The notes: a model not told the origin generated them from the sequence alone. A DNA stretch of 62,989 nt, filler included, from Octopus bimaculoides (GCF_001194135.2; 5 parts of 5 records of this genome joined end to end with filler, not necessarily neighbours in it), one strand, 5' to 3'. Counted from the first letter of the whole stretch, positions 39,917 through 51,815 are shown. Numbers and translations: made by a program.

Positions 39917-40785
39917 AACAATATTATTATTCATGGCATACACCTTGCAGCGATATCCACGTTCGAATCTCACAATTCTCCCCAGACGCACCACTAAGAA
40001 AGGCTCGTATATCATATGTATGAGTAAAGAAACAAATATCACACGTAAGATGCGAATAAATCTCTCGTACATGTCCGCTTACCACAGCGCATGCCAAAGA
40101 TCAGATTAAATTCATATTAGGTTTTGAGCTAATGTATTCATTCCCTCATTGCATGCGTAATTCAAATTTTTGTTGATTAAAATTGCAGAGTTATCGCCAC
40201 TTTGCTGACACCAGATTTTATTAACATTAAATTTAATTGAGGTTTCTGTTTCCGTTTCCTCCCACTGAAAGTAATTCTAATTAACTCACACGCTTTTACT
40301 CACCATAATACATACCTGCTTGACTATTTCTAGATATTTCTGACATGACTGGGTAGTCACAGCTGGAAGCACTTCGGCTATATATCAGCTCAAGTGGAGG
40401 TGAGTTGGATCTAAACAAACGCTACAAGATTATAGGGGACGAAACCGAACTCAGATTAGCTTTTTTTCTCCCTTTTCAAAGATATTAATGGCAACATCAT
40501 CATCTAGTCGAGTTTGCCTGGACATTTTTAACCCGCGCATGCCATCCATCTCGGCCGTGTATTAATTGAAGGAGGTCTTCGGAGAGGCATCCAGTGTTCG
40601 GACGACCTGTTCGAGTACGGTCATACTTTAGCATCCATAGCAGTAGGTCACTTGCCAGCTCTTATCAAGTTCACCAACAATGTCCCACGATATGCAAGCG
40701 CCGTTCCCTGATAGTTGTGGAAACAGGCAGGAGATCTACACGCAACTGTCTTTTCTTTCAATGGTATGAGTTCTCCAAGTTAATA

Positions 40786-40966
40786 CAGTTCTATATTTAA
40801 GGGATGAGGAATTATGTACATTATTTACATTATTTACATTTGACGGATATTTGTCCTCATCTTTCTTGTTGTCAACACAACGTTTCAGCTGATATACCCT
40901 CCAGCCTTCATCAGGTGTCTTGAGGAAATTTCGAACCTGGGTTCCCATTCCTAAGGTATTTTTCGA

Positions 40967-41031
<65 letters not shown>

Positions 41032-41102
41032 TCACTGCCTGGAATTGAACTCGGAATCTTGGGGTTAGTAGCCCGCGCTCTTAACCACTACGCCATATGC
41101 CC
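40786..41102 (-). mobile_element. tRNA-headed SINE-like element carrying a hammerhead ribozyme motif
   Basis: Head gggcatatggcgtagtggttaagagc..gagttcaattcc (A and B boxes), internal (TAA)n, hammerhead at 40874-40919; possible 4-bp TSD aata (40782-40785, 41103-41106). Confidence 0.8.
40874..40919 (-). ncRNA. Minimal type-I hammerhead ribozyme motif
   Basis: GACAC CUGAUGA A GGCUG-GAGGGUAUAU-CAGCU GAAAC GUU GUGUU: stem I GACAC/GUGUU, intact core, stem II, palindromic AACGUU stem III, GUU cleavage triplet. Confidence 0.75.
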
Positions 41103-41477
41103 AATATGTTTAAAGTTGCTTTTGACATTCGGGTGTAAGTTCCATCTAGCTTGGATTCCAGTTCTTTGGTAAGCGTCCAGACTGTTGCTACATATAAAAG
41201 GACAGACTCTACTGTTGCACGGGAAAAATGCTTCTTAAGGTTAAGTCTGACAGGGTTGATTTCCAGACAACATGCTGATTGTTTAAAGCTTCGGCTGTCC
41301 AGGTTTTTACGTCTTTTTTTCAGCTGATGCTATCTCAGAACCGAGGCGCGAGAAATCATTAACTTGATGGTTGGGGGGTCTCAGTTGATGTTGGTCATAG
41401 ACCTATACTGATGGTGAGCAATGAATTTGTTTGAGAATGAACTTGAGAATGAAATGCAAGATATATATACACACACA

Positions 41478-41517
<40 letters not shown>

Positions 41518-41891
41518 TATATAAAATACTTTGTCTTTGGATTCCTTTTCACTTCGCAGAAAAAATTACGCTTTTACGAATCGTGGTCTGAGAAACCTTT
41601 AGCTTGGCTAGCACTGCAATCGTCTATACGACCTGCGGCCATACACGAGAAATTAGTAATCGAAAGACATTCTATAACATAAGTGAAATGAAATGATTCC
41701 CATTGGGAGAGAAGCTTTGTCCCAGCGTAAGTTGTAAATAAGTTTCATATGTATAATCGGTATATATTTAGTCTTGAACCGAGCATTGCATTAGTAATCA
41801 GAACCTGGACAGGTTGTCAAACATCATATCGGGTCTGTCTCTGTAAAACGGAGTAGGGTGGGAGTAAATGTGATAGCTGATAGAGGAGAGG

Positions 41892-42278
41892 GTGGAGGCG
41901 CAATGACCCAGTGGTTAGAGCAGTGGACTCGCGGTCATAGGATCGCAGTTTCGATTCTCAGACCGGGCGTTGTGAGTGTTTATTGAGCGAAAACACCTAA
42001 AGCTCCACGAGGCTCCGGCAGGGGATAGTGGTGAACCCTGCTGTACTCTTCCACCACAACTTTCTCTCACTCTTACTTCCTGTTTCTGTTGTGCCTGTAA
42101 TTCAAAGGGGCCAGCTTTGTCACACTCTGTGTCACGCTGAATATCCCCGAGAACTACGTTAAGGGTACACGTGTCTGTGGAGTGCTCAGCCACTTGCACG
42201 TTAATTTCGCGAGCAGGCTGTTCCGTTGGTCGGATCAACTGGAACCCGTATCGTCGTAAGCGACGGAGTGCCAACATT
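41892..42278 (+). mobile_element. SINE family C, full length, perfect 15-bp TSD
   Basis: ctgatagaggagagg at 41877-41891 and 42279-42293; tRNA-like head; 3' hairpin cgtcg-taag-cgacg. Confidence 0.95.
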
Positions 42279-43028
42279 CTGATAGAGGAGAGGACGATGG
42301 GATGTTGACGGTGATGATAATAAATCGAAGGTAAAATGTCACTCACAGACACACTCCAGCCATTTACTCAGAGGCGTGTTATCTCTTCTCTTAACGTTTA
42401 TTAGCGTTACTAAAAATGGCCTCTGCTCCTTGGAACTGCTTGCTTTCGTTCCCGATCCAGTCAAGCCATCCCCTGCTCATTCGTCTTTTCCGTCATCTTC
42501 TATATTATGTCTAACCTGCCAGACACCACAACAACTATAATACCAAATTGTATCCCAACCAAAAAGTCGTTTCTCTTCACCTCCCTCTCTGGTACTGAGT
42601 TACAACCGTTTAAGTGGAACGTTGATGATTTCAATCTATCTGATTAAGGACGGCTTGAGAACGATTTGGGGGCTGCTTCTTCCATGAGATTCAGTGAGTT
42701 ATAAATAGCGAATAAGCCTCTCGCAGATAAGTCACAAACTCCCTACTATGCCTAGAAAGAAGGTAGGTTACCTTCCTGTTGAAGTAGACGTCCATCTACA
42801 ATTTTCTGACGCTGTGGATGGATGGATGGATGGATAGAGTGGTGGTCTATGTTGGAGAAACAAAAATCATTTGAATGAATTTCAGTGAAGAAAATGTTGT
42901 AGCGGAAACGTTAAAAAACTATCTTTTCATGGCACACTTTCAGTCTCCACGTTAAACCCTAGCGACTTATCCAGTTGCATCTTCAAGACGAAAAGCGGAA
43001 GATTGCACAAGCAGGTGAGAGGGACAAG

Positions 43029-43096
<68 letters not shown>

Positions 43097-43239
43097 TAAA
43101 AAGAGAGAGAGAGAGGTGGAAAAAAGAACCAAGAATAGTACACAAAGATCGCTGAAATTGCTGGAATTTTAGAACAGATTGGAAAGATTGGGTTGGGTTG
43201 GGTTGGGGGAAATGGGTGGCAGTGATGGCGGTGTCGGTA

Positions 43240-45280
43240 TGAGGCGGTGGTGATGNNNNNNNNNNNNNNNNNNNNNNNNNNNNNNNNNNNNNNNNNNNNN
43301 NNNNNNNNNNNNNNNNNNNNNNNNNNNNNNNNNNNNNNNNNNNNNNNNNNNNNNNNNNNNNNNNNNNNNNNNNNNNNNNNNNNNNNNNNNNNNNNNNNNN
43401 NNNNNNNNNNNNNNNNNNNNNNNNNNNNNNNNNNNNNNNNNNNNNNNNNNNNNNNNNNNNNNNNNNNNNNNNNNNNNNNNNNNNNNNNNNNNNNNNNNNN
43501 NNNNNNNNNNNNNNNNNNNNNNNNNNNNNNNNNNNNNNNNNNNNNNNNNNNNNNNNNNNNNNNNNNNNNNNNNNNNNNNNNNNNNNNNNNNNNNNNNNNN
43601 NNNNNNNNNNNNNNNNNNNNNNNNNNNNNNNNNNNNNNNNNNNNNNNNNNNNNNNNNNNNNNNNNNNNNNNNNNNNNNNNNNNNNNNNNNNNNNNNNNNN
43701 NNNNNNNNNNNNNNNNNNNNNNNNNNNNNNNNNNNNNNNNNNNNNNNNNNNNNNNNNNNNNNNNNNNNNNNNNNNNNNNNNNNNNNNNNNNNNNNNNNNN
43801 NNNNNNNNNNNNNNNNNNNNNNNNNNNNNNNNNNNNNNNNNTCTGATTGACTCGACTATGATGATGAAGATTCTAATGATGATGAAGATGATGGTGATGA
43901 TAATGATTAAAGTGATGTTGCTGCTGTTGATGGTGATGATGATGATGACGACGACGATGGTAATGACGACGATGATGACGACAATGATGATGATGATGGC
44001 GGTGATGGTGATGATGATAGAAATGGTGGTACGTCGGGGTGTGTGGTAGGTCTGATTGACATTGTTATTATGTTGACGGAGGCTGTGGTGGTGGCGGTAC
44101 AGTTACTACTGATGGTGATGGTGATGATGATGGTGATGATGATGGTGATGATGATGGTGATGATGATGATGATGATGATGACGACGACGACGATGATGAT
44201 GGTGATGATGATGNNNNNNNNNNNNNNNNNNNNNNNNNNNNNNNNNNNNNNNNNNNNTTAATTAATTAANNNNNNNNNNNNNNNNNNNNNNNNNNNNNNN
44301 NNNNNNNNNNNNNTCGCCGTCATTACAATGACGACATTAAGTGCGTTCAGTACATCATCGATACCACGCCACCATCATCATTACCACCACCACCACCAAC
44401 AACGACTGTACTATCAATAACATTATCTCCAACCGCTCCCACATCACCACCGGCCCTCCATCAGTAGAATGAGTACAATCACCGCCATCTTGGCCATCAC
44501 CGCCATGGCCGTTATCATTATCAGCATCCCCCCCATCGCCACCACGTTGCCGACATCCCCCTACCCTCATCCCCGTCTGTGCCATCCCCGTCATCACCAT
44601 CTTCAGAACTGCCGCAGCAGTTGTGTAGTGGAGGTCATTCAGTGTTCGACAGTTTTTGAAATCGAAACTACAAAGACTTTATTATTTATAAATTCATAAA
44701 AGCCTGTTGCTAATGGCAACCTTTCATATAGATGACAGTACCGACTGTCGAATCATCGTCGTCATCGTCACCATCATCATCTTCACCATCACCATCATCA
44801 TCATCATCATCATTATCGTCGTTGTCACTATCATGATCATCATACATTTTTTATTGTCAACATAATCCTTCTTCTTCTTCTTCTTCTTCTTCTTCTTCTT
44901 CTTCTTCTTCTTCTTCTTCTTCTTCTTCTTCTTCTTCTTCTGCTTCTTCCTCTTCTTCTTCTTCGTCGTCGTCGTCGTCGTCGATACCACCACTACCACC
45001 ACCATCATCGTCGTCGTCATCATTCTCTTCTTCTTCTTCTTCTTCTTCTTCTTCTTCTTCTTCTTCTTCTTCTTCTTCTTCTTCTTCTTCTCCATTTCGT
45101 TTCTTGTTTTTACTTTTTCTCCTCATCTTCTTCATCCTACTCCTACTCCATTTTCCTTCTTATGTTCCTTCTCTTTCTCTTCCTTCTCTTTCACTTCTTT
45201 CTCTTCCTTCTCTTTTTTCGTCTTTGTACGCCTGTGAGAAATGCAAAATCTACTGCTACCGCCAAACTACAAACATCACT

Positions 45281-45312
<32 letters not shown>

Positions 45313-45400
45313 TACCACCACCACCAACAACAACAGCAGCAGCAGCAGCAGCAGTAGTAGCAGTAATAACATTATCATCATTATCATCATCCATACCCAG
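43240..45400. repeat. Compound triplet-repeat field (GAT/GGT/CAT/CTT/CGT/GCC/CAC/CAG) with gaps
   Basis: Directly visible; explains the poly-M/E/K/D/P/A ORFs in the track. Confidence 0.9.
44598..44667 (-). other. Candidate isolated coding exon, unidentified
   Basis: gtctttgtag acceptor, 70 nt reading FDFKNCRTLNDLHYTTAAAVLKM, weak gtgatg donor; unique sequence inside repeats. Confidence 0.25.
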
Positions 45401-45561
45401 TGCCCTCTTTGTCATCCGCTTTACTTCTCCATTAGCTCATCACTAGTGTTGTACCCGTCAAAAATACTGCGTTTATTTCTACTTTCTTTTACTTATTCGT
45501 TGCTACCAGAATCTCTCCACACAAAGTAACTCCAACACTACTAAAATCTATCAACCACGCA

Positions 45562-46752
45562 ATGGCAAATTGGAAAACACTGAAAAATGAATCACAAGTC
45601 ATTAAAACCTGCTCTATACTCATAAAAATAGGAATTTTCCAAGGAAATTCGCTATCACTCCTGCTTTTCTGCCTTGTTGTGAACCCACTAATAAACCTGT
45701 TAAATGAAACCCCTATGGGTTACAGACGCTATGTTGGCACTCCGTCGCTTACGACGTCAAGGGTTCCACTTGATCCGATCAACGGAACAGCCTGCTCGTG
45801 AAATTAACGTGCAAGTGGCTGAACACTCCACAGACACGTGTACCCTTAACGTAGTTCTCGAGGATATTCAGCGTGACACAGTGTGACAAGGCTGACCCTT
45901 TGAATCACAGGCACAACAGAAACAGGAAGTAAGAGTGAGAGAAAGTTGTGGTGAAAGAGTCCCAGTTATAAGTTACAGCTACAATATTCTTATCTGGACT
46001 CTAAATGAACTAATCAAAATAGACGGGAAGACAAGGAAAATAATGACAGGATTTAGGATGCACCACCCAAAATCTGACATAGAAAAGTTATATATACAAC
46101 GTATCGGAGGTGGTACAGGCCTTATACAGCTAGAAAACAATTGCAAAATAACCACCATAGGATTACAGAGATACCTATTTCAGAAGCAAGGAAAGCTAAT
46201 ACAAATAGCCACAAAACACGAACAAGACAAAGAACTGTTTTCAGTCTTTAAGGATGCTGACAAATACAAAAAAGAAGTCATAGTACCTAACAACTATGGG
46301 ATATGCCAATACACACACATAGAGAAAATTAAAGCCAATAGGCCGAATATAGTTGTTAGAGATCATCAAGAAGAAAAAATGCTTTCTAATCGATGTATCA
46401 ATACCAACAGATGACAATGTTTCTTTAAAAGAAATGGAGAAATTTTCGAAATACAAAGATCTGGAAATAGAGATAACTTAATCGTGGAGTCTAAAAGCAG
46501 AAACAATTCCTATCATAGTAGGAGCATTAGGTATGATAAAAACATACTCAGACAAATGCATAACAAAAATACCAGGACTTACAAGTATATACAACATACA
46601 GAAAATAGCACTACTAGGCACCGCGCACATCCTACGTAAAACACTTTCAATACAGTGAAAATAAGAGCACTACAACAAATCACAGCACATAACCAAGGCA
46701 CACAGAGCTGCGCTGGGTAGTGCAGTGAAAGCACGTGATAAAAATAAGACAA

Positions 46753-46756
<4 letters not shown>
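45562..46756 (+). mobile_element. R4/Dong-like LINE, internally deleted, with (TAA)n tail
   Basis: GIFQGNSLSLLLFCL (RT); IDGKTRKIMT..HHPKSDIEKLYIQRIGGGTGLIQLE; ANRPNIVV..LIDVSIP..KYKDLEIEI..IIVGALG..QKIALLGTAHILRKTL (REL). Confidence 0.9.
45731..45960 (-). mobile_element. SINE family C, 5'-truncated, within the Dong-like LINE
   Basis: Reverse complement matches 3' part of 41892-42278. Confidence 0.9.
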
Positions 46757-46827
<71 letters not shown>

Positions 46828-46828
<1 letters not shown>

Positions 46829-48355
46829 TGGAAGTTACAGTCAGGTGGAATTGCAGAAAAAACTGTATAAATTTCTTCAAGAGAACGATATATTACCACC
46901 GGAACAAAAAGGCTCTAGAAGGAGGTGCAGAGGTACCAAAGATCAACTATTGATAGAGAAAATGTTAATGCAAGATTGTAAACGAAGGAGAACAAATCTG
47001 GGAATGGCCTGGATGGACTATCATGAAGCTTATGATATGATTCCACGTTTGTGGATCATCGAGTGCTTAGACCTGTTTGGAATTGTGAGGAATATAACGT
47101 GTTGCCTGAAGAGAAGTATGATGAGATGGAAAACTGAACTGACATCATACGTAAAAAGCTTGGGTATCCTGGGTATCAGAAAAGAGATTTTCCAGGGTGA
47201 CAGCCTATCTCTGTTGCTTTTCGTGCTCTGCATGATAGACCCGGCCCAGGTAAATGAACCTGGGGTACCAACTAAAAGAAAAGAATCCTAAACAATCAAT
47301 CATCTCCTCTTCATGGATGATTTGAAACTGTAAGGCAAGGATGAGACACAAGTGAGTTCCTGATATTAGAATGGAATTTGGACTCAAGAAGTGCAGAGTG
47401 ATCAACTTAAAAAGTGGCAAGGTTACAGTCCCCAGCAGGGATAGAATCACCGAATAGCGACTTGGTTAAGCAAATTGAAGCGGAAGGATACAAATACCTT
47501 GGTGTAACGAGATAATGATAAAGGAAATGAAAGAGCAACTGAGGGTGGAGTATTTCCGAAGATTGAGGTTGGTGTTGCGCTCAAAATTGCCCGGATGGAA
47601 TAAAATCCAAGCGGTTAATACGTGGGCGATAGCATCATTTCGGTATGGAGCTGGAAATATAAAATGACAAAAGAGAGAAATGAAGAAAATGGATACCAAG
47701 ACCAGAAAAATGTTGACAGTACACGGAGTGACAATAGGCTGTCCAGAAGAAAGGGTAGGAGAAATTTGATCAGTTGCCAGGACTGTATCGAAGCAGAGGA
47801 AAACAACCTAGGGTGGTGTATAAAAAAATGCCGTGGAGCCACTGTTGAAATACACGAAGAAGGCTGGCGTCATCAAAACTGAAAAGTGTGTAACTAAAGA
47901 AAATTTCAAGCAAGAAATGAACAAAAAAAAAAAAAAAAAAAAAAAAAAGAAAAAGCATGGAAGGAAAAAATGCACGATCCGCTTGCAAGAGAGATGAACG
48001 CCAAGACAGATACAAAAGACCGGTGGCTATGGATGAGGAGGAATGACCTGAAGATAGAGACAGAAGCACTCATATGCGCAGCTCAGGAACAAGCGTTAAA
48101 GACCAATTATATGAAGTGCAGAATTGACAACACGACCGACAGCGACAAATGCAGAATGTGTGGTGAGATGGGTGAAATGGTATGGCCCATCGTTAGCGAA
48201 TGCCCGAAATTGGTACAACGCGATAACAAATGATGCCATGACAATGTGGCAAAACTGATCCATTTGGAGCTCTGTGGAAATCACGGCCTACAAAGAGCAA
48301 AGATGTGGTATGAGAAAACCCCAGAAGGAGTCGCCGAAAATAAGAACTGCAAAAT
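46828..48355 (+). mobile_element. Second R4/Dong-like LINE (RT and zinc finger), directly after (TAA)n
   Basis: [87 protein letters not shown]. Confidence 0.92.
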
Positions 48356-48357
48356 CC

Positions 48358-48530
48358 TGTACCGGATCAATTCCAAAATCTAATCTGTTCGTACCAGTCA
48401 CGAAGCCAAACATCCCTGAAAGTTTCATTCGAATCCATTCAGCGGTTCTTGAGATATCTTGTCCACGGACAAACAAACAAACAAACTGGACTGAAAACAA
48501 TACCTCCACCCTCTCTAAGGCGGACGTAAT
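48358..48530 (+). mobile_element. Non-autonomous element end with (CAAA)n and terminal hairpin, Helentron/HINE-like
   Basis: tacctccacc-ctctctaa-ggcggacgta hairpin (8 of 10 pairs) at 48501-48528 after (caaa)n; truncates the Dong-like LINE. Class assignment is recalled similarity only. Confidence 0.4.
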
Positions 48531-49170
48531 AATAATAATTACATCGAACCCTGCATTTGACTGGTACTTANNNNNNNNNNNNNNNNNNNNNNNNNNNNNN
48601 NNNNNNNNNNNNNNNNNNNNNNNNNNNNNNNNNNNNNNNNNNNNNNNNNNNNNNNNNNNNNNNNNNNNNNNNNNNNNNNNNNNNNNNNNNNNNNNNNNNN
48701 NNNNNNNNNNNNNNNNNNNNNNNNNNNNNNNNNNNNNNNNNNNNNNNNNNNNNNNNNNNNNNNNNNNNNNNNNNNNNNNNNNNNNNNNNNNNNNNNNNNN
48801 NNNNNNNNNNNNNNNNNNNNNNNNNNNNNNNNNNNNNNNNNNNNNNNNNNNNNNNNNNNNNNNNNNNNNNNNNNNNNNNNNNNNNNNNNNNNNNNNNNNN
48901 NNNNNNNNNNNNNNNNNNNNNNNNNNNNNNNNNNNNNNNNNNNNNNNNNNNNNNNNNNNNNNNNNNNNNNNNNNNNNNNNNNNNNNNNNNNNNNNNNNNN
49001 NNNNNNNNNNNNNNNNNNNNNNNNNNNNNNNNNNNNNNNNNNNNNNNNNNNNNNNNNNNNNNNNNNNNNNNNNNNNNNNNNNNNNNNNNNNNNNNNNNNN
49101 NNNNNNNNNNNNNNNNNNNNNNNNNNNNNNNNNNNNNNNNNNNNNNNNNNNNNTATATATATATATATAT

Positions 49171-49293
49171 CGACCGACCACGAAAGAACGAAAAACAAAG
49201 TTGACTCCAGTAAGGTTTGAACTCAGAATGCAGTGAACTGGAACAAATACTGGGAAGCAGTCATTCCAGTGCTGTTACTGCAAATACGCCGCC
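49171..49293 (-). mobile_element. SINE family A, diverged 5' part
   Basis: tttgaactcagaatg and aaagttgac match the reverse complement of family A. Confidence 0.55.
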
Positions 49294-50129
49294 TACAAAG
49301 GGCAGTAACTACTAGGTCATAAATCCAGAGAGACTGGAAGATTATTATTGACTTTGGTTACTTTGGTCCTCCTCTTCCCATCACCCCACAAACTGATACT
49401 ATTAAGAAATCATCAAAAATTGAAATTTTTTTATTTGCAAGTTTTATTTAGGATACCAATGTTCAAATCCAGCCGGCATTGTTTTTAACTTCTATCATTG
49501 TACCTTTATTTACCTATAAAAAAAAGGAAAAATTTGTATAGACGTAGTGATAGTAAGTAAGACTGTCGTGGTTTCTGGTTGGAACTCCCAGGTTTCCTGT
49601 TCTGAAAGAGCCTGGTTAAGTGCCTAAACGGTTACGTGACACAACCTTTACCCCTCCCAACTATGTTCTGACACAACCAGTTTGTTGCAGTGGGTGTTTA
49701 AAGGCTCAGAGGTTCATAAAACCGACCTGATCATTATAAACGAAATGTCAGTAAGCAAAATCTAAATTAGATTTATTAACTTTATATTTACCTTAATTTT
49801 ATGCTCATCTAAGCGGACCTTTTACTGACTTTAAAAGTCGGTAAGTCTTAAGTTTAATCGATTCTCATAGCAGACTAAACAGTTACTAATGGCTGACTAA
49901 AAAATTGGCCTAATGTCAACTGACCTGATATAACTTCACTGATCGAGATTACACCAGACCAGATCAGATCAAGTCAGGTCAGATGAGCTCTGTGCTTGTG
50001 TCTCGATAGAAGAAAGTAGTCGCCGGCCTTTTATAACCAAAAATACCAGGAGAGGGCGGGGTTAAATTTGCGTTATATATGGAATATCCCAAAATTTCTC
50101 GATTAAAGATACAATACAACGCAATAATA

Positions 50130-50450
50130 TAAGGTCTTGCAGATTTTTATAGTCCCAGATATTGTGACCATTTGTAGCGTATGGATTAAGGATTTGCATT
50201 CTCTCTTTAAGATCCCAAGTTCAGACATACTTCGCTCCAGATGGGTTGGTATTTATCCTACTGCTCCAGTGATAATAGGTATGAAACTGAGTCCTGGATT
50301 TGTAGACTTCCTATTAATAGTCCATAGATGTCCTGTTTTTCTAGCGTATTTTTTGAACCACATTGGTGTCCAGAGGGCAACTAATTTTCAAAGCAGAACA
50401 TACCTTTCCCTTCTGATTTCATGCAACTACATCTGGCTGGTTGTATTTTA
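50130..50450 (-). mobile_element. REL-endonuclease LINE 3' fragment of a third lineage
   Basis: KYNQPDVVA*NQKGKVCSALKISCPLDTNV..QDIYG..FIPIITGAVG..ELGI..LQMVTISGTIKICKT. Confidence 0.7.
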
Positions 50451-51159
50451 ACTTGGTGGCTGTTTTAATTTTTAAGTGCCACTAATATTCTTTTGACCCA
50501 TCGTCTCAATATCAACCATTCATTAATAACATTGTGTAACAACATTATTATTATTTTTTTCTCTGGTCAGTGTTATTTCCTAGTTGCTTCTATCTAGAAA
50601 TCAAAGGAAACGACTACTGTTCCCTTCAAACTTTGCTTTTGTGACCTGGACAACAATGTTTTGAAACTGACTTATTTTCAATTACATTTCAGACAGATTC
50701 AGCGCTGTGTTACTGAACCAGAAATATCGTTATAGCAAATATTCTGCTTAATACCACAGATCTACTTGTCAATTGCTTGACCTTAACCACTTGAGCATGT
50801 CCCTTAGTGGCTGACAATAATTTTATCTCTGATCATGAGCAGGAGTAGTGGAGCAGCATTCTAGCCATATGTTGATGAAGGATTATTTGGAATTTGAATA
50901 AATGTAAGAAAAGCAAAGTTTGAAGAAAATATTAGGGATTTTCCATACTTTCTAGGGAGAAGCAAATAGGAAATAACAGTTGCTACCCAAGGATAAAAAT
51001 CGTGTGGCACAGGGCAATAAGCAAGGGGAGACAGCGTATCTATTGATGCATCTATGATGGTGTTGGGTTAGAATGCTTTCTATTTATATCTGACACGTCA
51101 GCTTGTCAATAAGATTGTAATTGTTCGGCCTATTAACATCGTATTTAAAGATTCAATTT

Positions 51160-51350
51160 ATCTTTTGTTTCCGTCATTGGATTGCGGCCATGCTGGGGCA
51201 CTACATTGAAAGGCTTTGTCGAACAAATCGTACAAAGTACATGTTTTTAAGTCGGGTGCTTATTCTATTTGACTCTGCCGAACCGTTAAATTGCGAGGAA
51301 GTAAACGAATCAACACCGGTTGTCAAGCGATGGGGAGAACAAACAAACAC
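51160..51350 (-). mobile_element. SINE family B, 3' half
   Basis: gcggccatgctggggca..gccgaaccgttaa..acaccggttgtcaagcgatgggg then (CA)n. Confidence 0.8.
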
Positions 51351-51460
51351 ACACACGCACACACACACACATACACACACACAAACAAACAAACACATAC
51401 ACACACTCACACTCACACACATACGCACACACATGAATATATCAATATTATTGTCTGTAT

Positions 51461-51641
51461 TATTTCGTCTGACGTTACGTTCTGAGTTCAAATTCCGCCT
51501 AGGTCGACTTTGCCTTTCATCCTTTCGGGATCGATGAAATAAGTACTAGTTATGCCCTGGTGTCGATGTAATCGACTTAATCCCTTTGTCTGTCCTTGTT
51601 TGTCCCCTCTATGATTAGCTCCCTGCGAGCAATAAAGAAGT
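51461..51641 (+). mobile_element. SINE family A, 5'-truncated
   Basis: Close match to the 3' part of 33757-33983 including gtttgtcccctctatg..gcaataaagaa tail. Confidence 0.88.
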
Positions 51642-51679
51642 AAATATTATTGTATAAGTGTATATATGTGTTTGCGTAT

Positions 51680-51684
51680 ATGTG

Positions 51685-51760
<76 letters not shown>

Positions 51761-51761
51761 C

Positions 51762-51815
<54 letters not shown>

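Larger units (their letters stand above)
40495..41400 (-). mobile_element. RTE-like LINE 3' fragment, interrupted at 40786-41102
   Basis: VNDFSRLGSEI..VWKSTLS..RATVESVLLYVATVWTLTKELESKLDGTYTRM..[insert]..DLLPVSTTIRERRLHIVGHCW..ELASDLLLW..GRP; ends in (GAT)n tail. Confidence 0.85.

Noticed and set aside
41030-41102. tRNA gene
   Set aside because: A and B boxes and an anticodon-like loop are present, but acceptor and T stems pair poorly; it is the head of a SINE-like element.
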